A program made the position numbers and the translations under genes. From an uncultured Gammaproteobacteria bacterium (GTDB taxonomy: Bacteria; Patescibacteriota; Microgenomatia; 0-14-0-10-38-17), in NCBI GenBank assembly GCA_964348895.1, contig CAYGEH010000001.1:182610-246609 (forward strand): a stretch of DNA of 64,000 nucleotides, written 5' to 3'. How positions within the stretch are numbered: the first letter of the stretch is position 1; the number at the start of each line of letters is the position of its first letter. This document shows positions 31,132 to 40,427 of this stretch, in pieces. The notes below the pieces were generated by a model. The model saw nothing but the letters and a program-made list of their open reading frames with translations. It had not been told where the DNA came from and ran no database searches.

Positions 31132-31239
31132 AAATAGATAGTCTTGTTAAACCATAAAAGGAACTCAAGGTCAAGAAAAAGAAAGTCAAAAACTATAGCT
31201 TTTTTTAGTTTTAGTTTTTAATTTTGACTCTTCTTGGGA

Positions 31240-32727
31240 TTACACTTTTTCCGTTACCCGATATCCTAAATATTTTCCCAGCATTAAACGGGTGTGGGCA
31301 TCGATACCTGGTAAGGCTCCAAAAAAGAACCCTGAAATTGGCATTAGCAAAAATTCAAAAGGAATCAATAATGCTCGTAGGCGAGAAACCTCTTTGGGTC
31401 TTTTTGGCCTCTGCTTACCATTAACCCAAATAACTGCCGCCAGCGATAATAAGGTTAAGGAAAGAATCGCTGAAGAAAAATTAGCCATCATATATCCCAT
31501 TGACGACCTAGTAAATTCAGGATTAATTAGGGCTGGAATATTAACTCCCAGAGTAATGATGAACCAGTGAACTGGCCAGAGAAAATGATCACGCAAAACA
31601 TGTAAAACCCGAACTGTTTTGCTCCAAAAAGAAATTTTTCCCGAAGTTAAGTAGCGATAGATAATATAGGCATCATCAATCGCCCCCCAAGCCCAGCGCT
31701 TATATTGCTCATATTGATTAACTAATGTTTTCCAAGTCGTAGTTGATTCAGCGGCATCAACAAAAACAGGTAATGAAATTGGATCAACCTCTACTTGACC
31801 TTGTTTATCAAAATAAGCCTTAAAAAAAATTCGATAATCTTCGGGAATTATGTCTGGATCCCAATAGCCCACCTCATCAATTAACCTTAAAGAAGCAGAA
31901 TAATTAGCACAAGTAATAATTCGATAAGAGTGAACAGAAAAGGCAAAATGACGAACAGAGCTAAAAGTGTTACTGATTCTGGTTAAGGCGGGAAGATTCC
32001 AAAAATTATTGTAAAACAAAACTACTGGTTGCCAAAACCTTAAATATCGCTTGGGATTGTCTAAAAAGTGATAGGCAAGGGCAGAAAAATATTTTGGATG
32101 ATAAACATGATCGGCATCACAGCTTGATATTGTTAAATAATTAATGTCGTAGTTAAGTTCATCAACTAAGTACTTTTTCGTCTCCAATGCTGCCCAGCGC
32201 TCATTAGAGGACTTCCCCGCCATTTCTCCGGGTTGGAGCTGATGGGTTGTCACCAAGAAATGACCAAATTTAGAACCAAATTCTTTTTTCAAAACCCCAA
32301 CCTTTCGCTCTCTTTCTTTAACATCTTCTTTTGCTTCGGTAGCCAAAACAACAATAATATTTTTTAGAGGAAAATCTTGTTTAGCAATCGCCTGAAGAGT
32401 TCTCTGAAGAATGTGGAGAGGTTCTTTATAGGTAACTATCACTATAATATGATGAACTTTCTTCCAATCTCCAAAACCCTTAGCCTCCCCCAACCAGTCA
32501 GTCATTTTAGAGGCTTCCATTTTATAGTGACCCATAACCGCACCAATACCTAAGAAAGCCGATTGATATAGCCAATAAAGTCCATAGAAAAGAATAAAAT
32601 AGGCTACCGCTAAAGAAGAAACAAACGATCCCCAAAATGGAAAAAGAATTAAATTCCAAGAAACAAACCCAGGCAAAATCTCTAATAAGCGAATCACTAT
32701 TCGACGATTTTTTTCTAAAAATTTCAT
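31240..32727 (-). CDS. Membrane-integrated processive GT2 glycosyltransferase (cellulose/chitin/hyaluronan-synthase-like)
   Basis: GT-A core with DAD(H) and QYEQYKRWAWG (QxxRW) motifs; N- and C-terminal TM helices. Confidence 0.7.
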   Translation of the reverse strand: MKFLEKNRRIVIRLLEILPGFVSWNLILFPFWGSFVSSLAVAYFILFYGLYWLYQSAFLGIGAVMGHYKMEASKMTDWLGEAKGFGDWKKVHHIIVIVTYKEPLHILQRTLQAIAKQDFPLKNIIVVLATEAKEDVKERERKVGVLKKEFGSKFGHFLVTTHQLQPGEMAGKSSNERWAALETKKYLVDELNYDINYLTISSCDADHVYHPKYFSALAYHFLDNPKRYLRFWQPVVLFYNNFWNLPALTRISNTFSSVRHFAFSVHSYRIITCANYSASLRLIDEVGYWDPDIIPEDYRIFFKAYFDKQGQVEVDPISLPVFVDAAESTTTWKTLVNQYEQYKRWAWGAIDDAYIIYRYLTSGKISFWSKTVRVLHVLRDHFLWPVHWFIITLGVNIPALINPEFTRSSMGYMMANFSSAILSLTLLSLAAVIWVNGKQRPKRPKEVSRLRALLIPFEFLLMPISGFFFGALPGIDAHTRLMLGKYLGYRVTEKV

Positions 32728-32736
32728 TTTTTCTGT

Positions 32737-34143
32737 TTATTTTCTAATAAATAATGGTTTTGGTGAGATAATTTTTTTTGCCAAAAAAGTTTCTCTAATT
32801 ATCGTCGTAGCCTGAGGAAGAAATGGCTCTAGCTTTAAGTTAACCGTCAACATTTGTGTAATTAGCCCCAAAAGAACTTCTTTCAGTCTTTTTTTGTTTT
32901 TAATCTGCCAAGGCTGTGCTTGATTAATTTCTTGATCAATTAGAGAAATTTCTTTCCAGATCAAGGTTAGGGCGTCAAAAATTTTATAATCATCCATTAG
33001 ATCAACAAAGGTTTTTTGGTTTTTATCTAATAAACTGGGGTAGCTAACTTTAAAATCTTGTTTGGATAATTGACAGAGTCGAGAAAGACGGGCTGTTAGG
33101 TTTCCCAAGCCGTTAGCAAGGTCCGCATTGTATTTTGCTTTCATTTTTATCCAAGAAATATCGCCATCACCAGCCAAGGTTTTGGCGCTAACCAACAAAT
33201 AACGAGCACCATCAGAGCCAAATTTTTCAACCAATTCTTTGGGTCTAATAATATTGCCTAGGCTTTTGCTAATTTTTTGATCGTTAAGAGTAAGAAAACC
33301 ATGGGCATAAATTGTTTTGGGCAGAGGAAGATTAGCGGACTTAAGCATCGCAGGCCAAAGCAAAGCGTGCCAGCGAGTGTTGTCTTTGCCCAAAAGATGT
33401 AAGTCGGCAGGCCAAAAGCCCTTCGGCGCACCAGTTAAATAATTAATTAAAGCATCAAACCAAACATACAGCGTTTGACTTGAATCGTTTGGTACTAAAA
33501 TTCCCCAAGTAACATTTTGTCTGGAAATAGAAATGTCGCTTAGGCCTTGATCTAAAAAAGCCAACATTTCTCGGGCCCTGCTCTTGGGTTTAATAAAGTC
33601 GGGGTTATTTCTAATGTGGTCTTTTAAAAATTCCTGATATTTCGACCAGGCAAAAAAATAATTATTTTCGGCTAACTTCTTAATTGGTAAGTTGGGATGA
33701 AGAGGGCAGCGGCCGTTATCATCAAGATCAGAAACGGTCTTGTATTCTTCACATCCCAAACAATAAAAACCCTCAAATCTTGCCTGATAAATATCACCTG
33801 CCTCCTTGATCCTAAGATAAAGATCTTTTACTTTTTCAAGATGATCTTTGTCTGTTGTTCTAATATAGCGATCAAAGCCTATATCCAAAGCAGATAGCTG
33901 GTCCTTGTTCTCCGCAACTATTTGGTCAACAAACCAAGAAACCTCCTGACCAACAGCCTTAGCCGCTTCTTCAGCCTTAGAACCATGTTCATCAGAACCA
34001 GTCAAGAAAAAAACTTTTTCACCTTTTAGTCGATGATAGCGAGCCAAAACATCGGCAACCACCTTTTGGTAAGCATGGCCAATGTGAATAACATCATTAA
34101 CGTAGTCAATTGCAGTAGTAATATAAAAACCCTTTTTGTTCAT
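32737..34143 (-). CDS. metG: Methionyl-tRNA synthetase (short form)
   Basis: HIGH motif (VIHIGHAY), TGSDEHG, KISKSLGN (KMSKS); 468 aa. Confidence 0.85.
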   Translation of the reverse strand: MNKKGFYITTAIDYVNDVIHIGHAYQKVVADVLARYHRLKGEKVFFLTGSDEHGSKAEEAAKAVGQEVSWFVDQIVAENKDQLSALDIGFDRYIRTTDKDHLEKVKDLYLRIKEAGDIYQARFEGFYCLGCEEYKTVSDLDDNGRCPLHPNLPIKKLAENNYFFAWSKYQEFLKDHIRNNPDFIKPKSRAREMLAFLDQGLSDISISRQNVTWGILVPNDSSQTLYVWFDALINYLTGAPKGFWPADLHLLGKDNTRWHALLWPAMLKSANLPLPKTIYAHGFLTLNDQKISKSLGNIIRPKELVEKFGSDGARYLLVSAKTLAGDGDISWIKMKAKYNADLANGLGNLTARLSRLCQLSKQDFKVSYPSLLDKNQKTFVDLMDDYKIFDALTLIWKEISLIDQEINQAQPWQIKNKKRLKEVLLGLITQMLTVNLKLEPFLPQATTIIRETFLAKKIISPKPLFIRK

Positions 34144-34225
34144 ACTTTCCTTGAAGATTATTAAAGTTTTTATTTATCGTCCCTTTATTATCTTACCACC
34201 ATAAAGCACTCTTAAGGATAAAAGT

Positions 34226-34585
34226 TTATGAAGAAGGATTGAGAATGTTTTTAATTTTTTTCTCCCAAGTGGTTGCCCACTCCTCTGCTTCGAGACGCTG
34301 GAGAATCTTTTTTACTTCCGAGCGAGAAAGGTCGTTTTGTAGCTTAGCAATTGTTGCTGGAGAAATGTGAAACCTGCTTCTAATTTGGCTGTATTTCTGC
34401 CCCCTTTTAAGCGCCCAAAGAACGGCTAGTCTTTTGGCTAAAGCAATTTGTTCTGCCGAACTCAAGAGTTGGCGACAAAAATTTTCCGCCTCTTCAGGAG
34501 AGTTGATGTCAGCAATCAACTGATGAAGATAAGCGAAAATTTCTTGCTTAATTTTAGGGGTAAGCTTTTTTCCTGATAAACGCAT
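34226..34585 (-). CDS. TrpR/YerC/YecD-family DNA-binding protein
   Basis: Small helical protein with HTH; resembles the Trp-repressor-like YerC/YecD family. Confidence 0.5.
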   Translation of the reverse strand: MRLSGKKLTPKIKQEIFAYLHQLIADINSPEEAENFCRQLLSSAEQIALAKRLAVLWALKRGQKYSQIRSRFHISPATIAKLQNDLSRSEVKKILQRLEAEEWATTWEKKIKNILNPSS

Positions 34586-34869
34586 AGTTCACTAAACTAA
34601 AGCTACTTAACAATATTACATTATAGTATATCACAATTTTATTTGTTTTAATAAAATACTTTTTTTTACTTTACCCTTAATGTTTACACAGTGTTTAATG
34701 GTGTTTACAAAATAAATTTCTTTTCTCCGCCGACTTAGTTTTGTCTTAGAAATAAAAACAAAAAAGTGAAAATTTTTTTACTGATGTTTGTTTAAAGTAA
34801 ATCTTTGTCTTTGTTTTTTTATTTAGTTCTTGCGTTATTGATTAGCGGTTGATAAAATTACCAGCATAA

Positions 34870-35166
34870 ATGCCAGTAACTAAATCAGCCAAAAAAGCTC
34901 TCAGACAGGAAAAGAGACGATGGACAGAAAATCAAAAAACGAAAGACTCTTATAAAGAGGCTGTTCGTTATTTTAAAAAACATCTTTCTTTTGAATCCTT
35001 AGCTAAGGCTTACACTAAAATTGATCGGGCAGCGAAAAACCATTTAATTCACCAAAACAAGGCCTCAAGGCTTAAATCTCAATTGGCCAAGCTCCTAAAG
35101 GGAGTGCAAGCAGAAAAACCTGCTCAAAAACTAAAAAAGAAGCCCTCGACAGTTAAAGCAAAATAA
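34870..35166 (+). CDS. rpsT: 30S ribosomal protein S20
   Basis: 98 aa, basic helical protein; N-terminus MPVTKSAKKALRQ. Confidence 0.85.
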   Translation: MPVTKSAKKALRQEKRRWTENQKTKDSYKEAVRYFKKHLSFESLAKAYTKIDRAAKNHLIHQNKASRLKSQLAKLLKGVQAEKPAQKLKKKPSTVKAK

Positions 35167-35353
35167 AAATTCTTTCGCTGAGCCTAAAAAAAAAGACAAA
35201 CATCTTCAGGACAAAAGAAATGAAGGTTTTGTTTATAGTTTTACTTAGTTTAGACCACCTCTTTAGATGGGCCACTCTTTTCTTTTTTTTATTGTTCTGC
35301 TTGATTCTTTTATCTTAAGACAAAGCCCGAACAACTCTCCTTTTAAAGAGGTT

Positions 35354-35382
35354 TTGACAATCATTAAAAAACAACCTATACT
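35354..35382 (+). promoter_or_regulatory. Sigma70-like promoter TTGACA-17-TATACT for the pilN-like operon
   Basis: TTGACA at 35354-35359 and TATACT at 35377-35382, about 28 nt upstream of the GTG start. Confidence 0.5.
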
Positions 35383-35409
35383 GATTTTAAGATTAGTTTT
35401 TGGCTTGCC

Positions 35410-35973
35410 GTGTCTAAAATAAAAGGGGAAATTTCACTACTACCAAAGGAAAAAGATGAAAACCGACTCGAACAAGCCTCTGACTGGATAATAACTACTG
35501 GTCGGTGGGTTGTTGTTTTTACCCTTTTCTTTGTTTTACTGGCCTTTCTGTCTCGTTTTTGGCTAGACCAAAGAATTGCCGACCTCTACGCCCAAAGCGC
35601 GCAAAGAATTGCTATCGTTGAAGCCTCTAAAGACTTTGAGGAAGATTTTAGATTACTTCAAAATCAGTTTGATAGAATCCAAGCTTTAGATCAAGAAAAG
35701 CCAAATCAGGCCGAACAGGTTAAAAAAATAATTGCAATTCTGCCGGAAAGAATTAACCTGACCTCAATTAACATTGTTGACGATCAAGTTGATTTCACTA
35801 TTATTTCCCAAAACGAGCTTGATTTAAATCATTTTTTTCAAAATTTAATTCTTTGTCCATACCTTGATCAAATTAATATTGCTAACATTTCCACCAAAAC
35901 ATTTGGTATCGAAACAGAAATTTCTGTTAACGCTAGATTTGTCGATGTTATTAGCGAGACCAACAAACAATGA
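35410..35973 (+). CDS. PilN-like type IV pilus assembly protein
   Basis: N-terminal ISLLPKEK...R (INLLP-type PilN signature), a single TM helix and a periplasmic domain; 187 aa; likely GTG start. Confidence 0.55.
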   Translation: MSKIKGEISLLPKEKDENRLEQASDWIITTGRWVVVFTLFFVLLAFLSRFWLDQRIADLYAQSAQRIAIVEASKDFEEDFRLLQNQFDRIQALDQEKPNQAEQVKKIIAILPERINLTSINIVDDQVDFTIISQNELDLNHFFQNLILCPYLDQINIANISTKTFGIETEISVNARFVDVISETNKQ

Positions 35974-36611
35974 TTAATCTACCCAAGCTTTCTTATCGCA
36001 ATGCTTTGTCTCAAATACCAATTCCAGTGCGAGAAAAAAGTCGCAAATGGGCTTCAACAATAGCAACTCTCTTTTTGACTACTTTCTTTATTGCTTTTGC
36101 CATCAGACCCACTGTGATTACTATTGTTGAACTTTTGGCCGAAATTAGAGCTCGAGAGGAATTAAACCAAAAGCTTCAAGAAAAAATAGAGCAAATTATG
36201 GTGGCTCAAAAACTATATAACCAAATATATCCTCGACTTTATCTTCTCGACCAAGCTTTACCGACAAATCCTAAATTTGCCTATTTCTCGCAAACTCTAG
36301 AAAGCAATCGAATAGAGGCTAATTTAAACTTGGAAACTCTTAATTATTCTTCAATAGTTTTAACTGAAATGGCCGACACTAAAACAGAAGAAAAAAATCA
36401 AGAATTTGTCTTTACCACGGGTCTTTCTGGTCGCTATCACGACCTAAAGAGTTTTCTAGAAAATCTTTTTAACCAAAGAAGAATTATTTATATTAATAAT
36501 CTAAAGATTGACCAAAAGCAGAATAATCAACAAGGCGAGCAGGCCCAGGCTGACATCCTCCCCTTAACCATTACCATTGACGGCGAAGCATTTTATTTGG
36601 GCAGTGAATAA
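35970..36611 (+). CDS. PilO-like type IV pilus assembly protein
   Basis: Short cytoplasmic N-terminus, TM helix, coiled coil (ELNQKLQEKIEQ) then a periplasmic domain; overlaps the pilN-like gene by 4 nt. Confidence 0.5.
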   Translation: MINLPKLSYRNALSQIPIPVREKSRKWASTIATLFLTTFFIAFAIRPTVITIVELLAEIRAREELNQKLQEKIEQIMVAQKLYNQIYPRLYLLDQALPTNPKFAYFSQTLESNRIEANLNLETLNYSSIVLTEMADTKTEEKNQEFVFTTGLSGRYHDLKSFLENLFNQRRIIYINNLKIDQKQNNQQGEQAQADILPLTITIDGEAFYLGSE

Positions 36612-37035
36612 CAACATCGAACAAACAAACAATAAAAAGTCGAACAAAAACAACGATTGGTTAATAATCGCCATTTTTGTTTTACTTTGCGCTCTGGTTT
36701 GGGTGGCTACAAGCTCTTATCACAGCTTTGTTGATAAAAAAGAGGTGGTAATTAGACAGGAGCTACTTGTTCCTCTTCAGCCAAAAATTGATCCATCTTT
36801 ATTTGATACTTTAGAGGCTCGGATTCACCCCGACGAAGAGAAGTTAATAGAAATTCTTTCTGAAAACAGTCCCAACATAATTGGTTTGGACGAAGAAACA
36901 GAAGAAACTGAAATGGACCCCATTTCGCCTCGACCAATAGAAACCAGAGAAACAGTCGACCCGCTAGACGGATCAGCTCCTCCGCCAACAACAAATGAAA
37001 TAAATCAAGAAGAGTTGCCGGCTCTAGCTCCATAA
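36577..37035 (+). CDS. Small membrane-anchored acidic protein, unknown function (PilP-position)
   Basis: TM helix LIIAIFVLLCALVWVA; acidic, Pro-rich C-terminus; 152 aa. Confidence 0.4.
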   Translation: MTAKHFIWAVNNNIEQTNNKKSNKNNDWLIIAIFVLLCALVWVATSSYHSFVDKKEVVIRQELLVPLQPKIDPSLFDTLEARIHPDEEKLIEILSENSPNIIGLDEETEETEMDPISPRPIETRETVDPLDGSAPPPTTNEINQEELPALAP

Positions 37036-37067
37036 AAGAAAGAGGCATAATTTCCCTAAAAAAAGCA

Positions 37068-38525
37068 ATGAGGCTTAAACCCGCCAAAACCATTCCCAGT
37101 ATTATTGGCCTTTTGCTTTTAACCGTTCTTGTCTTTGGCGGTGTTTATCTTACTCAAAGACTAGGCAGAACCACCACTCAAATTGCTGCCTCGCGCCAAC
37201 CCTTATCAGTCAGGGTGGCCAATATTACTGATCGAGCCGCTGTCGTTTACTGGCTAACAGAAGAAGAAACAGAGGGAAGTATTAAGCTTAACGATAAAAT
37301 TTATCTTGATAATCGAGACAGGGTTTCTTCTCAGGCAAAAAAACGCTTTACTCATTATGTCGCCATTGATGATCTTCTTCCAGGCGAAACCTATCATTTT
37401 GCCATTATCAGCCAAGGGCAAATTCAACAAAAAGACAGCTTTCAGTTTACCACTGCCCAAGCCTTGATTGGTCCTCCTGCAGAAGTTGCCGATTTGGCTT
37501 TTGGTATTATTTTGGACAATCAACAAAATCAGCCCTTGGCTGACACTCTTGTTACTCTTTCTCTGCCTGGAGCCACTAATCTGGCTAGCCTAACTGACGA
37601 CAATGGTTTTTGGTCTATTCCCTTGAGCACTGCTTATCAGAAAGATTTATCTAGGCCAATTAGTTATGATCGAGAAAAAGAGGTTCTTGAAATCCTAGTT
37701 GAATCTCGTCCTGGATTAAGCTCAACCGTTATCACTAATACTGGTAATGATCATCCAGTTCCTCCGATAATCATTGGAAAGTCATATGATTTTTCCCAAA
37801 ATCCTCCCACCCCAAGACAGCAACCAGAAGATTTTGATTGGACTAACCCTCTAGAAACAGTTGAAGAAATAAACAACTCTTCTTTTTTTCTTCCCCAAGA
37901 GCAAATTGACCCAAAAGAAGCTCAAGCTGTAATCAATATCAACGATCCCCAAGAGGGAGAAACTGTTTTTACCGCTAAACCAGAATTTTCTGGACGAGGT
38001 CCGGCTAATCAAACTATTAAAGTTACTTTAGAATCGCCTAAAAAGTTTGAGGAGGAGATTGTTGTTTCTGCCTTTGGCTCGTGGCAATGGAGTCCACCAG
38101 AACACCTTACCCCCGGAAGACACACTCTCACTGTTGAGTATCACGACGAAAACAACATTCTTCATGTTGTCAGTAGAACCTTTATAGTTCAAGCCTCTAG
38201 TATTTCTCCTTCGCCAACACCAATAGTGCCTCTACCAACCATCCCCCCTCAAGTTACCCCAACTCCTACTCCAGTTCGAACTACTCCAACCCCTACTCCA
38301 GTTCGCACTACCCCAACTCCTACTCCAGTTCGCACTACCCCAACTCCTACTCCAGTTCGAACTACTCCAACCCCTACCCCTTTGCCAACAATAACACCAA
38401 TAATTAAAGAAGCCACTGCTCCAGCCGAAATAGTTTCTGGCAACTTGACGCCCTTGGTTATTCTTGCTATTCTGGGCTTAGGCTTAATTTATTTTGCTTT
38501 TGTTGTTCATCAAAAAAAACACTAA
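37068..38525 (+). CDS. Surface protein with Fn3-like domain, 4x PTPTPVRTT repeat linker and C-terminal TM anchor with basic tail
   Basis: Signal anchor; Fn3-like VANITDRAAVVYW...YHFAI; tandem 27-nt repeats; C-terminus TPLVILAILGLGLIYFAFVVHQKKH. Confidence 0.55.
   Translation: MRLKPAKTIPSIIGLLLLTVLVFGGVYLTQRLGRTTTQIAASRQPLSVRVANITDRAAVVYWLTEEETEGSIKLNDKIYLDNRDRVSSQAKKRFTHYVAIDDLLPGETYHFAIISQGQIQQKDSFQFTTAQALIGPPAEVADLAFGIILDNQQNQPLADTLVTLSLPGATNLASLTDDNGFWSIPLSTAYQKDLSRPISYDREKEVLEILVESRPGLSSTVITNTGNDHPVPPIIIGKSYDFSQNPPTPRQQPEDFDWTNPLETVEEINNSSFFLPQEQIDPKEAQAVININDPQEGETVFTAKPEFSGRGPANQTIKVTLESPKKFEEEIVVSAFGSWQWSPPEHLTPGRHTLTVEYHDENNILHVVSRTFIVQASSISPSPTPIVPLPTIPPQVTPTPTPVRTTPTPTPVRTTPTPTPVRTTPTPTPVRTTPTPTPLPTITPIIKEATAPAEIVSGNLTPLVILAILGLGLIYFAFVVHQKKH
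38259..38366 (+). repeat. Perfect 27-bp tandem repeat, 4 copies, encoding PTPTPVRTT
   Basis: ccaactcctactccagttcgaactact repeated four times with only synonymous variation. Confidence 0.8.
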
Positions 38526-39928
38526 TGCTTCCCGCTTCAAATAAACCATCACCGCCACCTCTTCCTCCAGAAAACTACAAGAATCAAATTGCCGTTAACT
38601 TTAGCTCTATTGACAATAATCAAGTCAAAACCCAACCCTCTCAAGGCTCCAAACAAAAAACAAAAAAAATATTTATAATCATCGCTGCTATTTTTTTGGC
38701 ACTAATAGCGCTAATGGGAGCTCTTTTTTTCATTCGAGAAAGACAAGACATCAGAGAAGAAGCAGCAACAACTGGACGCTTAATTTGTATGCCTGTTGAC
38801 AACAATGGAAATATCACTAATGAAAAATATCAACATGATCGAATGTTGGTTAAAAACGAAACAAATAGAGACATCCAAATCAAAATTCAAACTAATCTTT
38901 GTCCATATCAAGGACAAAATCCTCAAATCGGATATCGCTGCGATGACTATGTTGGCGCTTTCCCTTATATTGTTCGGGCGGGAACTCAGGTAATTTTACC
39001 CAATCCCGATACCGAATCATGGTTGTCACAGGGCTGGGTTGGTTGTCAAAAAATTGGTCAAATGGACATTCAAAAAGATAAAGATCACTACATTCACATT
39101 GGTGTTGACCCCAACACTATTCCAGACTGCTTTAACACTGTTGACAATCGCGTTTGGGAAGGGGGAATTGCTTTTACTATCAAGGCTAATTCTGCCTCCT
39201 GTTGTCCAAAAATGGAAGTAGCCGTCTCCCCTAATAATCCTAGACCAGGACAAGAGGTTGTTGTCAGAGCCTCTAGTCCATCTCCCCTAGTTTGTGCTGA
39301 ACTAGTTAATTTTTCTGGCTTGGCCGGAAAACCAACTTGGATTGGCATGGACGGAAATTATAACTGGTCCTGGAGGGCAACCGCTGGAAACACCCCCGGA
39401 CAATACAGTCTTACCTTTAGGGGCAATACTAGGGATTCTGGTCAAGGAGTCTGTCCGGGTCGGGCGATCGGTGACTGGTGTCAAGTAACTGGCAACTTTG
39501 GTGTTGGCGTTGCCCCAACTCCAACCCCAACTCCAACTCCCACTCCGACAATCTTTCCGACTCCCACTCCAACCCCCACCCCAACACCTCCCCAATACGA
39601 CTACAACTGCCATACTATTAATGTTTACGATGCTAATCGAAATTTAATTAATCGTAACGACTTAAAAAACCTAAAAGCAGGAGACTTAATTTACATCGGA
39701 GTGGTCGCCAACAGTGGCCATCCAATCCACCAAATTAATAAAGCCAGGATTCGTGTTAATCGTAATTATTGGCTGGCTCAAGATGAAACTAGCGAAAAAT
39801 TAACTACCAGCGCTAATCATTTAACTGAATTTGTTAAAAGCTACATTATTCCTGAAGGATTATTGAATTTTAAGATTGAGGCAGAGGTTCACCTTAACGC
39901 TCCCAGTCCAGTCGGAGGCTGGCGTTAG
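38525..39928 (+). CDS. Membrane-anchored extracellular Cys-containing protein with a (TP)n linker and a C-terminal beta-rich domain
   Basis: Pro-rich cytoplasmic N-terminus (PSPPPLPPENY), TM helix, Cys-containing ectodomain, [12 protein letters not shown] linker; its ATG overlaps the upstream stop (TAATG). Confidence 0.5.
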   Translation: MLPASNKPSPPPLPPENYKNQIAVNFSSIDNNQVKTQPSQGSKQKTKKIFIIIAAIFLALIALMGALFFIRERQDIREEAATTGRLICMPVDNNGNITNEKYQHDRMLVKNETNRDIQIKIQTNLCPYQGQNPQIGYRCDDYVGAFPYIVRAGTQVILPNPDTESWLSQGWVGCQKIGQMDIQKDKDHYIHIGVDPNTIPDCFNTVDNRVWEGGIAFTIKANSASCCPKMEVAVSPNNPRPGQEVVVRASSPSPLVCAELVNFSGLAGKPTWIGMDGNYNWSWRATAGNTPGQYSLTFRGNTRDSGQGVCPGRAIGDWCQVTGNFGVGVAPTPTPTPTPTPTIFPTPTPTPTPTPPQYDYNCHTINVYDANRNLINRNDLKNLKAGDLIYIGVVANSGHPIHQINKARIRVNRNYWLAQDETSEKLTTSANHLTEFVKSYIIPEGLLNFKIEAEVHLNAPSPVGGWR

Positions 39929-39940
39929 TTAAAAATTATT

Positions 39941-40414
39941 ATGACATCTAAAAAAACCCTAAAGACCATTGTTATTATTGTTGCCAGCCTCTTGTTGTTA
40001 GGACTAACTGTTTTCTTGGCTAGTCAAATTTATCAAACTCGCCAAGAACGTCTGGCTCCCACTGAACCAAGGGCGGTCAGCCCCACTTGCACTCTGGCTT
40101 TTACTATTTTGCCACCAACCCCAACCCCCACTCCGACACCTCCTCCAATCGTAACGCCTACTCCTACTCCAACCCCAACTCCCACTCCGACACCCTCTCC
40201 GACTCCGACTCCAACCCCAACCCCCACTCCAACACCTCCTCCAATCGTGACGCCTACTCCTACTCTTACCCCAATCCCAACACCCTCCCCAATCGTAACA
40301 CCTCCTCCTACTCCACCAACCACTCTGCCAGAAGCTGGAAGCATTTTGCCAACCATTGGAGTAGCCTTGGGCGGATTATTTTTGGGAATACTGGGACTCC
40401 TCCTCGTTTTTTAA
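39941..40414 (+). CDS. Small Thr/Pro-rich surface protein with C-terminal LPEAG + hydrophobic segment (sortase-signal-like)
   Basis: N-terminal signal anchor, about 90 aa of TP repeats, then [29 protein letters not shown] at the C-terminus. Confidence 0.5.
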   Translation: MTSKKTLKTIVIIVASLLLLGLTVFLASQIYQTRQERLAPTEPRAVSPTCTLAFTILPPTPTPTPTPPPIVTPTPTPTPTPTPTPSPTPTPTPTPTPTPPPIVTPTPTLTPIPTPSPIVTPPPTPPTTLPEAGSILPTIGVALGGLFLGILGLLLVF

Positions 40415-40427
40415 AAAATTTTAAAGG

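Noticed and set aside
35167-35409. Possible small RNA or riboswitch in the 243-bp gap between rpsT and the pilN-like gene
   Set aside because: Only a weak rpsT terminator-like hairpin (CTTCA/TGAAG plus T-run) and a promoter were identifiable; no conserved riboswitch architecture was recognised.
38249-38443. Minus-strand ORF (64 aa, GVGVGVV repeats) and other ORFs at 40033..40356(-), 40087..40497(+), 39302..39613(-)
   Set aside because: These are out-of-frame or antisense translations of the Thr-Pro repeat-coding DNA of the real plus-strand surface protein genes. Low-complexity artefacts, not genes.
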